32,000 nt of DNA from Cupriavidus necator (GCF_016127575.1 NZ_CP066019.1:2160001-2192000), one strand, 5' to 3'. Shown: positions 9,194 to 17,300, counted from the first letter of the stretch. Program-made: numbers and translations. Notes: generated by a model not told the origin, from the sequence alone.

Positions 9194-10210
9194 ATGGTTC
9201 CCTCTCCGCCTGCGCCCTCTTCCCGGACACTTGACGACCAGCCACGCAATCTTCTGTTCGTGGCCTTCCCGGACATGAGCCTGCTTGATCTCACCGGACC
9301 GCAAACCGTGTTCTGGGCTGCCTCCCGGTTTGCACGCGAACGCGGCTTCGCCGGCTACCGGAGCTATCTGGCAAGCGAGCACGGCGGCCTGGTTGCCTCG
9401 GCCGAAGGCACCGCCGTGCAGGCCATGGCGCTCTCGGAAATCGATCTGCAGCACATCGATACGATCATCCTCCCGGGTGCCCCCGAGATGGTCAGGGTGC
9501 TCGACAGCGCCACCTCGCTGGTCGCCTGGCTGCAGCAGGCCGCCGGACAGGTACGCCGCGTTGCCTCGGTCTGCAGCGGGGCCTTCCTGCTTGCGCAAGC
9601 GGGCTTGCTTGACGGCAGGCGCGCTGCCACTCACTGGGCGATGCATGCGCAGTTCCGCGCGCGCTTTGCCGCGGTCGAACTGGACCGGGACGCCATTTTC
9701 GTCCGCCAGGACCGCATCTGGACCTCGGCCGGCGTGACCACCGGCATCGACATGGCGCTTGCGCTGGTCGAGGACGACTATGGCCACGATATCTCGCTGA
9801 GCGCGGCCAGGGAGCTGGCGGTCTTCATCAAGCGGCCGGGCACGCAGCCACAGATCAGCGAGATCCTGCTGGCGCAGAGCCGGCACGTGCCGCTGTTCGA
9901 GGCGCTCCATCTATGGATCATCGAAAACCTGTCGCGGGAAGGGCTGTCAGTGGAACAGCTCGCCGAACAGGTCGGAATGAGCCCCCGCAACTTTGCCCGG
10001 GTCTACAAGCAAAAGACCGGGCGCACCCCGGCCAAGGGGGTTGAGCATTTCCGGCTGGAAGCCGCACGCCGGCTGCTCCAGGACCTGCATCTGCCGGTGG
10101 AGCAGATCGCAAGGCAGTGCGGCTTCGGCAGCGAGGAACGGATGCGCCTTACGTTCCAGCGCAACCTGGGCTTCTCGCCCAGCGAGTATCGGTCGAAGGT
10201 GACCGGCTGA
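9194..10210 (+). CDS. GlxA-type regulator (DJ-1/PfpI-like domain fused to AraC-family HTH)
   Basis: 338 aa. N-terminal DJ-1/PfpI fold with a nucleophile-elbow Cys (VASVCSGAFLLAQAGLLDGRRAATHW). C-terminal AraC HTH (VEQLAEQVGMSPRNFARVYKQKTG...GFGSEERMRLTFQRNLGFSPSEYR). Confidence 0.9.
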   Translation: MVPSPPAPSSRTLDDQPRNLLFVAFPDMSLLDLTGPQTVFWAASRFARERGFAGYRSYLASEHGGLVASAEGTAVQAMALSEIDLQHIDTIILPGAPEMVRVLDSATSLVAWLQQAAGQVRRVASVCSGAFLLAQAGLLDGRRAATHWAMHAQFRARFAAVELDRDAIFVRQDRIWTSAGVTTGIDMALALVEDDYGHDISLSAARELAVFIKRPGTQPQISEILLAQSRHVPLFEALHLWIIENLSREGLSVEQLAEQVGMSPRNFARVYKQKTGRTPAKGVEHFRLEAARRLLQDLHLPVEQIARQCGFGSEERMRLTFQRNLGFSPSEYRSKVTG

Positions 10211-10351
10211 GAAAACGCCACAACCCGGCCGCACCATTGGTGCCGAACGGGAAACACCATGCGTCCGCCGCCGGCGCTACCGTCACTGCACCCCTTCGCC
10301 TAGCATGGGACATGGGTTGGATGCCCATCCCTTCCACCAGAATCGAGGTGC

Positions 10352-11113
10352 ATGATGAAGATCGTTGTGATTGGAGGTACTGGCCTGATCGGCAGCAAGG
10401 TCGTCGCCCGGCTTGCCGGGCAAGGCCATGAAGTCGTTGCCGCGTCTCCGCAGACCGGCGTGAATGCGCTGACAGGCGAAGGCCTGAGCCAGGCACTTGC
10501 CGGGGCGCAGGTTGTCGTGGACGTGGCCAACTCGCCATCGTTCGCGGATGATGCCGTCCTGCATTTCTTCGAGACGTCCGGCCGCAACCTTGCGGCGGCG
10601 GAGAAGGCAGCCGGTGTCGCGCACCATGTGGCGCTGTCAGTGGTCGGCACGGACAAGCTCTCACAAAGTGGCTACTTCCGCGGCAAGATTGCGCAGGAAG
10701 CGCTGATCCGGAACGCCGGCATCCCTTACACCATTGTCCGCTCCACGCAGTTCCTCGAATTCCTTGGCGGCATCGTCCAGTCGGGCGCCGATGGCGATTC
10801 CGTGCGCCTGTCATCCGCATCGATCCAGCCGATTGCCTCGGATGACGTGGCCGAAGCTGTGGCCGACCACGCCCTTGCCGATCCCGTCAACGGCATCGTC
10901 GATATCGCCGGGCCGGAACGCTTCCACCTGAGCGACCTCGTGCAACGCTATCTCGATGCCACCAAGGATCCGCGCAAGGTTGTCGTCGATGGCAAGGCCC
11001 GCTATTTCGGCGCCGAACTGCAAGACGATACGCTGGTACCGGAAGGCCCGGCACGCCTGGGCAAGACCGCTTTCGAAGCGTGGCTGCGACAGAGCCAGAA
11101 GCCGAAGGCCTGA
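10352..11113 (+). CDS. NmrA-like / atypical SDR NAD(P)H-binding protein
   Basis: 253 aa. Rossmann motif MKIVVIGGTGLIGSKVV; GAGG lies upstream of the double ATG at 10352/10355. Confidence 0.85.
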   Translation: MMKIVVIGGTGLIGSKVVARLAGQGHEVVAASPQTGVNALTGEGLSQALAGAQVVVDVANSPSFADDAVLHFFETSGRNLAAAEKAAGVAHHVALSVVGTDKLSQSGYFRGKIAQEALIRNAGIPYTIVRSTQFLEFLGGIVQSGADGDSVRLSSASIQPIASDDVAEAVADHALADPVNGIVDIAGPERFHLSDLVQRYLDATKDPRKVVVDGKARYFGAELQDDTLVPEGPARLGKTAFEAWLRQSQKPKA

Positions 11114-11130
11114 CAACGCGGGCGGGCCAT

Positions 11131-11637
11131 ATGGACAACAAGGGGCTGCAAGCCCCCCCGCTGAGCCTGCTCGACAAGTATCGCGGGCAGGGCTTCCACG
11201 CCCTCTACACCACGACCGTCACCGTCTCGGGCGGGGAAACCGGACACGGCCGCGCCTCGGGCGTGGCGCGTTCCGACGACGGCAATCTTGTCATCGACCT
11301 GCGGCTGCCGGCGGCGCTGGGCGGCCCCGGCCACGGCCACGGCACCAATCCCGAGCAGTTGTTCGCCGCGGGATATGCCGCCTGCTTTCATGGGGCGCTG
11401 AACCTGCTGGCCCAGCGATCCAATGTCAGCGTCGACAACCTCGCAGTGGAAGTGGAGATAGCGTTCGGCCGCGATCCCGTTGACGGCGGCTTCGCGCTGG
11501 CCGCGGACATCCGGGTCAGGATGCCTGGCGTGCAACGACAGGTGGCGGAAGAACTGGTGCGCAATACCGAGCGCTTCTGCCCCTATGTGAAGATGGCCAG
11601 GCAGGGCATTGTCAGCGTCGTGGCAGTGGTTGACTGA
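11131..11637 (+). CDS. ohr: Ohr/OsmC-family organic hydroperoxide resistance protein
   Basis: ATG 11131 lies 17 nt after the NmrA-like stop. Both Ohr cysteines sit in the family context (TNPEQLFAAGYAACF and RFCPYVKM), with an Arg in GGETGHGR. It carries roughly 20 extra N-terminal residues compared with typical Ohr. Confidence 0.85.
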   Translation: MDNKGLQAPPLSLLDKYRGQGFHALYTTTVTVSGGETGHGRASGVARSDDGNLVIDLRLPAALGGPGHGHGTNPEQLFAAGYAACFHGALNLLAQRSNVSVDNLAVEVEIAFGRDPVDGGFALAADIRVRMPGVQRQVAEELVRNTERFCPYVKMARQGIVSVVAVVD

Positions 11638-11658
11638 GCTGCGCGCAACGACGGGCCC

Positions 11659-11695
11659 GCGGATGCGATCCCTGAACCTTCGGGATCGCATCCGC
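11659..11695. terminator. Perfect 14-bp-stem hairpin between convergent ohr and cupin genes (bidirectional terminator candidate)
   Basis: GCGGATGCGATCCC (11659-11672), 9-nt loop, GGGATCGCATCCGC (11682-11695). It lies 22 nt after the ohr stop and 15 nt before the cupin stop. No clear U-tract on either side. Confidence 0.55.
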
Positions 11696-11709
11696 AGCCG
11701 GCCAATGTG

Positions 11710-12120
11710 CTACTTCGTTGGCGTCAGGATCGGAGCGCCCTTGTTCTTCAGCAACAGCACCATGAACTTCGCGGGCCTGGTGTTGCTGGCGTTGCGCCCG
11801 ACAATATGAATATCGTCAGGGCCTTCGTGGAAGGTCTGCCCGGCAGTCAGCGTGACTTCCTTGCCGCCCCGGACTCCCATCACGATACTGCCCTCAAGGA
11901 CATAGACGAATCCGTGCGCGTCATGGCGATGCACCGGGTCGGCGCCGCCGGGCGGGTATTCCACCACGATCATCTGCACCTCCTTGCCGGGATATTCCGG
12001 AAGCGCCTCTGTCGACAGCAGCGTCACCTTGGGCTCCGGCGGCGCAGCCATGGCCGGTTGCGCCACCAGCAGGACGGAAAGCAGCAGCGGGGCCAGGCCC
12101 AGCGTTCTGATGATTTTCAC
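11710..12120 (-). CDS. Secreted cupin-domain protein
   Basis: GTG at 12120 has GGAG 7 nt upstream and lies 4 nt after the upstream stop. The in-frame ATG at 12153 would overlap the CMD gene by 29 nt. Signal peptide (V)KIIRTLGLAPLLLSVLLVAQPAMA; cupin motif PVHRHDAHGFVYVLEG. Confidence 0.8.
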   Translation of the reverse strand: MKIIRTLGLAPLLLSVLLVAQPAMAAPPEPKVTLLSTEALPEYPGKEVQMIVVEYPPGGADPVHRHDAHGFVYVLEGSIVMGVRGGKEVTLTAGQTFHEGPDDIHIVGRNASNTRPAKFMVLLLKNKGAPILTPTK

Positions 12121-12124
12121 GATG

Positions 12125-12604
12125 TCACTCCAGCTTTGCCTTATCGAGGCCATAGGCCTTGTCGGCCGAGCCCGGCACGGTCCGGAAGGCCACGTTCAGC
12201 CGGTTCCAGCCATTGATGGCCATGACCAGAAAGGTCAGGTCCGAGAGTTCCTTTTCCGACAGATGCGCGCGCACGCGCTCGTACAGGTCATCCGGCACAC
12301 CGTGCGGCGGGATGTTGGTCAGCACCTCGGTCCACGCCAGCGCGGCCCGCTCGCGCGGCTGGAACAGCGTCGATTCGCGCCAGATCGCGACATGGTGAAG
12401 GCGGAGCTCTCGCTCGCCATGGATGCGCGACTGCTTGACGTGCATGTCCAGGCAGAAGGCACAGCCATTGAGTTGCGAAGCGCGAATCTCGACCAGGTCA
12501 CGGATGGATGGCTCGATCGCATTGTCCTGCAGCAGGGTGCCGAATTCCAGGTACTTCTTGAAGAGTTCGGGGGACTGCTTCATGGCATTCACGCGTTGGG
12601 TCAT
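12125..12604 (-). CDS. Carboxymuconolactone decarboxylase (AhpD-like) family peroxidase-related protein
   Basis: ATG 12604, with GGAG 6 nt upstream. Gives MTQRVNAMKQSPELFKKY... with the AhpD-type CxxC motif (NGCAFCLDMH). The upstream part of the 247-aa ORF is non-coding. Confidence 0.85.
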   Translation of the reverse strand: MTQRVNAMKQSPELFKKYLEFGTLLQDNAIEPSIRDLVEIRASQLNGCAFCLDMHVKQSRIHGERELRLHHVAIWRESTLFQPRERAALAWTEVLTNIPPHGVPDDLYERVRAHLSEKELSDLTFLVMAINGWNRLNVAFRTVPGSADKAYGLDKAKLE

Positions 12605-12636
12605 GTCGGCTCCTGAGGGATGGAAAATGTGAAGGG

Positions 12637-12670
12637 ATGCCGTGGCACTCACCACTGCGTGCCGCGGCAT
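12637..12670. promoter_or_regulatory. 12-bp-arm inverted repeat upstream of the CMD-cupin operon
   Basis: ATGCCGTGGCAC (12637-12648), 10-nt spacer, GTGCCGCGGCAT (12659-12670). 11 of 12 positions are complementary (one T:G). It lies 33-66 nt upstream of ATG 12604. Confidence 0.35.
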
Positions 12671-13036
12671 GGAGCAAATCGTAGGCCGCGGCGGCGCACG
12701 GCGGTAGGCGCGCCAAGGTACCCACACTGTTGAGGCTTCGACACCAATCAGGGCTTTGGCGTAGCGCGGCTCGGGGGAAGCCGGATCCTGTCGTGTCGTG
12801 CCGATCCAGCGCAGAAAACCAAAAGAAATGGTGCAATGCAACATAAATACCCCTATGCTTGGAGGCATGCCAGCCGGCTACGCCTTCGAAAAGCGACCCG
12901 GACGCCGCTCGCCTCCCAAGAACTTGCCAGGTGTCCGTTATTCATCGGATGCCGAAGGAAAACCCGCGTGCCCTCCTCCCCTCTTCCGCAGCCGATCCTC
13001 GACGCTTCTGCAAACTCCTCCCGCCTCTTTCGTGAC

Positions 13037-13459
13037 ATGTGCGAACTGCTCCAGGCAGCAATACATGTCGTCAGCATTCGCACCACGCGCATGGCCATCG
13101 CCGGTCCGGCGCCTGGCGAACAGGACCAGCGCGAATTCAGCCTGATGAGCGTTGAGAAAGGAGAGGCCGCGTCTGAATCGTTGCTTGCCATGGGTTCGGG
13201 ATGGATCAACCTGACCATGACCCTCGCAAAGGACACCAGCGATCATCTTTGGGCGACCTCCGCGGCCGCGGCGACGCTGGCGTCCAGTCGATCCGCCGCG
13301 CAATGGTTCGAACGCCAGGCCGACCTTCTGCAATTGGCCGCCGGGTTCCCCGGCAACCCGCTGCAGCTGGCAGACCTGGCGACAAACCTGATGCAGCAGA
13401 TCCTCGCGCCGATCCACGGCCGCGCGATGGCAAATGCGAAGCGCCTGCGTGCATCATGA
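13037..13459 (+). CDS. Hypothetical protein (orphan; start uncertain)
   Basis: C-terminal part of ORF 12836-13459 has coding-like third-position GC. Candidate ATGs at 13037, 13091 and 13145, none with a good SD. No domain recognised. The C-terminal ...LAPIHGRAMANAKRL reminds me, from unverified memory, of phasin-like proteins. Confidence 0.3.
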   Translation: MCELLQAAIHVVSIRTTRMAIAGPAPGEQDQREFSLMSVEKGEAASESLLAMGSGWINLTMTLAKDTSDHLWATSAAAATLASSRSAAQWFERQADLLQLAAGFPGNPLQLADLATNLMQQILAPIHGRAMANAKRLRAS

Positions 13460-13499
13460 AGGCTGCCGGGCCCGGGCGCATGCATCGCTAGGGGCGGTA

Positions 13500-14873
13500 T
13501 TAGTCAGCAATGGTCTCCAGCGCTCTGCCACGGGTCTCGATGCCGAACCGGAACACGATGCCGGCCGCAGCAAGGAAACACAGCGCGCCAAGGCAGAACA
13601 CTCCAGCCTGGCCGGCAACGGGCAGAACCAGCCCCACCAACGCCGGACCCAGCAGCGATCCGATCCGCCCGACCGTCGACGCCATCCCGCAACCTGAAGC
13701 GCGCGCCCGCGTGGGATACAGTTCCGGCGTATAGGTATAGAGCACTGCCCACATGCCGAACATGAAGAACTGCATCATGCCGCCGGAAAGGAAGAGCGCC
13801 ATGGGGTCGGGACTGGACCCGGCGACCCTGCCGTAGATAAACACCATGCACGCCCCGCCCACCAGAGTCGCCACGCATGCTGGCTTGCGCCCCCAGCGCT
13901 CCACCGCCCATGCGGCCCAGAGAAAGCCGGGAATGCCGCCGATTGAGATATACACCGTGTACAGCACGGATTTGGTTACCCCGAGGCCCGATTGCTGCAG
14001 CAACGCGCCAATCCAGGTATTGAGGCCGTAGAACCCCAGCAGGGCGAAGAACCACAGGCCCCATACGGTCAAGGTCCGACTACGGTACTCGCGGGACCAG
14101 AGCACGCGCAGGCCCGATGTGGCCGGCTCCGCCGCCGCTGCCGCCGGCGTGACTTCCGGCAACGCATCGAGCTTCATCCGCCGCATGACCGATTGCTCGA
14201 TACGGTCGACAATGTCGGCCGCTTCGGCATGGCGTCCCTGCGACTCCAGCCAGCGCGGGGACTCGGGCACAAAGCGGCGGACTACGATCAGGAATAGCGC
14301 CGGGACCGCGCCGAGCAGGAACATCGTGCGCCAGGTGTAGGCGCTCAGCACGTAGTACGACATCAGCCCAGCGCAAATGAAGGCGATCGGCCAGTTTCCG
14401 TCCATCAGCGCCAGGTACTTGCCGCGCTGGCGCGCGGGAATGAATTCCGACATCAGCGTCTGCGCCAATGGCAGCTCCATGCCCATGCCGAGCCCGAGCA
14501 ACAGCCGATACGCACCCAGCTCCATGGGACCGTTCGCGGTGGAGCACAGATAGCTGCCCACGCCCCAGATGATCATGCTGACCTGGAAGACCGGCTTGCG
14601 GCCGAACTTGTCCGCCAGCACCCCGGAGCTGATCGCGCCAGTGGCCATGCCGACGAAGCTGGCGCTGCCGAGCATGCCGGCCTGCGCTGCGGTCAACCCG
14701 AATTCCGTCCGAATCGATCCCAGCAGATACGTCATCATGGCCAGGTCGAGGTTATCGAAAAAGAAGGCCAGCGCAATGATGGCAAACAGAAGGCGGTGAT
14801 ACCCGCATACGGGTAGCCGTTCCAGCCGGTCGCCGGTGCGCACGCGCATCAGCTCGAGAGAGGTAAGCTTCAT
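13500..14873 (-). CDS. MFS transporter (sugar-porter / metabolite:H+ symporter-like)
   Basis: ATG 14873, with GGAG 5 nt upstream. Gives a 457-aa protein with about 12 hydrophobic segments. MFS motifs ADKFGRKPVF and VPESPRWL. Confidence 0.9.
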   Translation of the reverse strand: MKLTSLELMRVRTGDRLERLPVCGYHRLLFAIIALAFFFDNLDLAMMTYLLGSIRTEFGLTAAQAGMLGSASFVGMATGAISSGVLADKFGRKPVFQVSMIIWGVGSYLCSTANGPMELGAYRLLLGLGMGMELPLAQTLMSEFIPARQRGKYLALMDGNWPIAFICAGLMSYYVLSAYTWRTMFLLGAVPALFLIVVRRFVPESPRWLESQGRHAEAADIVDRIEQSVMRRMKLDALPEVTPAAAAAEPATSGLRVLWSREYRSRTLTVWGLWFFALLGFYGLNTWIGALLQQSGLGVTKSVLYTVYISIGGIPGFLWAAWAVERWGRKPACVATLVGGACMVFIYGRVAGSSPDPMALFLSGGMMQFFMFGMWAVLYTYTPELYPTRARASGCGMASTVGRIGSLLGPALVGLVLPVAGQAGVFCLGALCFLAAAGIVFRFGIETRGRALETIAD

Positions 14874-14918
14874 CTTGTCTCCAGTAGTTCCAGTACCAGC
14901 GCTCTTGGGCACTGGCGG

Positions 14919-14950
14919 CAGGCGATAACGCATCGATGCGATATCGCCTG
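14919..14950. promoter_or_regulatory. 32-bp near-perfect palindrome upstream of the MFS transporter gene
   Basis: CAGGCGATAACGCATC|GATGCGATATCGCCTG; 15 of 16 arm positions are complementary (A:A mismatch at 14928/14941). It lies 46-77 nt upstream of ATG 14873. Confidence 0.45.
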
Positions 14951-15310
14951 CTACTGTCGCGTGGAGACGCAGCCGCGACGCGCGCGGGAACGCCAAGGTC
15001 TGTCTCGCAGGTGCCAAGCCAATTGCCGCGGGTCGCGTGGGCCCCAAAAAAAAAGGTTCATCGCCGATTTCCGGGGAAGGCCACTGGTCCGACGGCCGAG
15101 TTCGGCCAGCTTGAGTCGCTCAAGGAAATTTCACGACTGCCCGCTCCCGGACCGATAAGAGACAGTCGTCAATGATGCTGTGACCGTCGGCTCGTAGACC
15201 GTTGCGGCGGTCGCGAACAGAAGCCCTGTGTCGCAGAAGAGGCTTGGTCGTGGCTGCCTGTCCGTAGGCAGACACGTTCGACACCAGGGCGGCCGGGCAA
15301 GCGGCTCAGA

Positions 15311-16090
15311 TCACGCAGTCGGAACAGTTCCTCCGTCGATGACGTACTCAGTGCCGGTGATGGCGCTGGCGCGGCCAGAGACGAGGAAACCAATGAGTTC
15401 TGCCACTTCCCGGGGTGAGCATGGCCGGCCAAGAGGAATGCCGCCGAGCGAATCCATGATGACCTTGCGGGCGCCTTCCGCGTCGATGCCGCCTTGGCGG
15501 GCGATCTCGGCAACGAGACCTGCGGCGGCATCCGTCTCGACCCAGCCCGGTGAGACACGCACGACGCGAACGCCCTTCGGACTGACCTCCTTGGACAAGG
15601 CTTTGCTGTAGTTTGACAGGGCAGCCTTGGCGGCGGCATAGGCAATCGTCGCCTCCGGCAACGGTAATTGCCGCTGGATCGACGTGACGTGGATAATGAC
15701 GCCCGAACGCTGCTCGACCATCGAGGGCAACAGCGCGCGATCGATGCGCACTGCCGGGAATAGGTTCAGGTTCAATGCCTTGTTCCATTCATCGTCATCT
15801 AGCACGCTGAAGCCACCGGCCGGTGCAGATGAGCCGCCCACGACGTGCACGACTATATCGACGCCACCGAACCGCTTGAGCACGGCGTCGACAATGGCTT
15901 TACAGCCCTTGGCCGTCGTGATGTCCGCCCCGATGAACCGTTCTTCGGCAAGTTCATCGGGACGGGAACGCGCCGTCGTCAGAACGTTCGCACCTGCCTC
16001 GCAAAGGCGTGCGACGACGGCTTTGCCGACGCCTTTCGTTCCGCCCGTAACGAGCGCCCGAAGCCCCAGAAGTTCGGGTGCGGAGCTCAT
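15311..16090 (-). CDS. SDR-family oxidoreductase
   Basis: 259 aa. Motifs [10 protein letters not shown] (TGxxxGxG) and catalytic YAAAKAA (YxxxK). Its ATG overlaps the stop of the upstream NTF2-like gene (ATGA at 16087-16090). Confidence 0.9.
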   Translation of the reverse strand: MSSAPELLGLRALVTGGTKGVGKAVVARLCEAGANVLTTARSRPDELAEERFIGADITTAKGCKAIVDAVLKRFGGVDIVVHVVGGSSAPAGGFSVLDDDEWNKALNLNLFPAVRIDRALLPSMVEQRSGVIIHVTSIQRQLPLPEATIAYAAAKAALSNYSKALSKEVSPKGVRVVRVSPGWVETDAAAGLVAEIARQGGIDAEGARKVIMDSLGGIPLGRPCSPREVAELIGFLVSGRASAITGTEYVIDGGTVPTA

Positions 16091-16416
16091 TGGCGAATCT
16101 CCAGCGACGCAATCCTGCCGCCGGCCAGGACGAACGTGTAGGTCAGCTCGACCGGGCTGCCAGGGAATGTGCCCGTGAGTCGTGCGTGCATCGTCACAGT
16201 GGCGCCGTTCTGGGAGACGTCCAACGGCTCAATGCTGTACTGGTACCTGGTTTTGCTGTCCTTCTTCCAGGCCTGGATTGCTTCCAGCCCCTTGATCGTG
16301 CGGCCTTCGTCCCGCACAACGGCATCGGCGGTAAAGCAGTTCGAGAGAGGGGCGGTGTCCGTGACGGTTTCCGCGAGCAGATAGGCATCCAGTGGCGGAG
16401 GCAGCATCATGTTCAT
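16087..16416 (-). CDS. NTF2/SnoaL-like small protein
   Basis: 109 aa; GAGG 9 nt upstream of ATG 16416. The size and the pattern [23 protein letters not shown]...[10 protein letters not shown] fit SnoaL-like polyketide-cyclase-fold proteins. Translationally coupled to the SDR gene. Confidence 0.7.
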   Translation of the reverse strand: MNMMLPPPLDAYLLAETVTDTAPLSNCFTADAVVRDEGRTIKGLEAIQAWKKDSKTRYQYSIEPLDVSQNGATVTMHARLTGTFPGSPVELTYTFVLAGGRIASLEIRQ

Positions 16417-16506
16417 CGGGGTTTACCTCAACGTGAAGGTTTGCATGCCCCAATCATGGCGCTACAGTTACCGTATCGCAAGAACGCACAAAAAAGTAAG
16501 TAACCC

Positions 16507-16845
16507 TTGGCTAACCGAAAAAACTACACCCCCGCGACTGCCGCAATCGATGTCGAAGCCGCATTCAAGCTGCTGGAAGGCCGCTGGAAGCTGGTGATTT
16601 TGTTTCACCTTTTCGGTGGTCAGGTACAGCGCTTTTCGGACCTCGAGAGACTGATCCCCGGCATCACACAGAAGATGCTTGCCCAGCAGCTACGCCGCCT
16701 CGAAGCGGACGGCATCGTGACACGTACGGTCTATCATCAGGTGCCGCCGAAGGTGGACTACCGCCTGACTGATTGGGGCCAGGCGTTGTGCCCGGCACTG
16801 GATGCGATCCTGACATGGGCGGAGCACCGTGAAGACTTTCCGTAG
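16507..16845 (+). CDS. HxlR-family transcriptional regulator
   Basis: 112 aa. Signature LLEGRWKLVILFHLFGGQVQRFSDLERLIPGITQKMLAQQLRRLEADGIVTRTVY. The only in-frame start is TTG at 16507. Divergent from the NTF2-SDR pair. Confidence 0.85.
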   Translation: MANRKNYTPATAAIDVEAAFKLLEGRWKLVILFHLFGGQVQRFSDLERLIPGITQKMLAQQLRRLEADGIVTRTVYHQVPPKVDYRLTDWGQALCPALDAILTWAEHREDFP

Positions 16846-17156
16846 GCTGCGACGAGCTTGCGTGCGTGACGCTAGCTGTCATCCAGAACTCCAATTCGCA
16901 AAGTCGTCGACGTGGTCTCATCCGCGATGGTCTCATGTCGCGCTGGAACCTGACGGTCGTCCATCTCATTTGAGAGGCAGCACTGGGGCGAACTGAGACG
17001 GCCGACCGCGCTGTGAAATCGTGTCTCCGATTTGTTCGACACTTGCAGTGCAGCATGCAATGAAGGCATCAAATCAGAATATGCGGATATCCTAATGTTC
17101 ACCTCTCCGCTCACAGGAAGGCGTAACAGTTCGCTCGGGCATCGTATAGCGCGTGA

Positions 17157-17297
17157 TGCCGGCACCCGCTGAACACAAGCGTCGTTGAGGGCATCAACAA
17201 CACCATCAAAGTCATCAAGCGCCGAGCCTACGGCTACCGTGTCGAGGACTACTTCTTCCTGAAGATCAAGGCGGCGTTCCCCGGAATTCCTCGTTGA
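17157..17297 (+). pseudogene. ISL3-family transposase, C-terminal fragment only (IS scar)
   Basis: Reads CRHPLNTSVVEGINNTIKVIKRRAYGYRVEDYFFLKIKAAFPGIPR* with TGA at 17295-17297, a typical ISL3 transposase C-terminus. An in-frame stop lies just upstream (17154-17156) and no remainder of the gene is present. Absent from the ORF track. Confidence 0.75.
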
Positions 17298-17300
17298 ACC

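Noticed and set aside
8822-9910. N-terminal 363 codons of the 702-aa minus-strand ORF 7802-9910
   Set aside because: The LysR homology starts at about aa 364 (ATG 8821). The upstream part overlaps the GlxA-type gene on the opposite strand and has no protein-like features.
12643-12658. Sigma-54-like TGGCAC...TGC element
   Set aside because: The GG-to-GC spacing is one nucleotide longer than the canonical -24/-12 geometry. The -12 region lacks TTGC. The sequence is better explained as one arm of the 12637-12670 inverted repeat.
15046-15054. A9 homopolymer (T9 on the minus strand) in a GC-rich spacer
   Set aside because: No adjacent stem precedes the T-run on the minus strand, so it is not a terminator. 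It lies in non-coding DNA, so it is not a frameshift-prone tract. It may be an UP-like element, but that cannot be supported from sequence alone.
16872-17165. 97-aa minus-strand ORF in the lower-GC stretch next to the ISL3 stub
   Set aside because: It has no recognisable domain, no Shine-Dalgarno and atypical composition. It is more likely a chance ORF in decayed or foreign DNA. It is left as part of the unassigned region in the findings.
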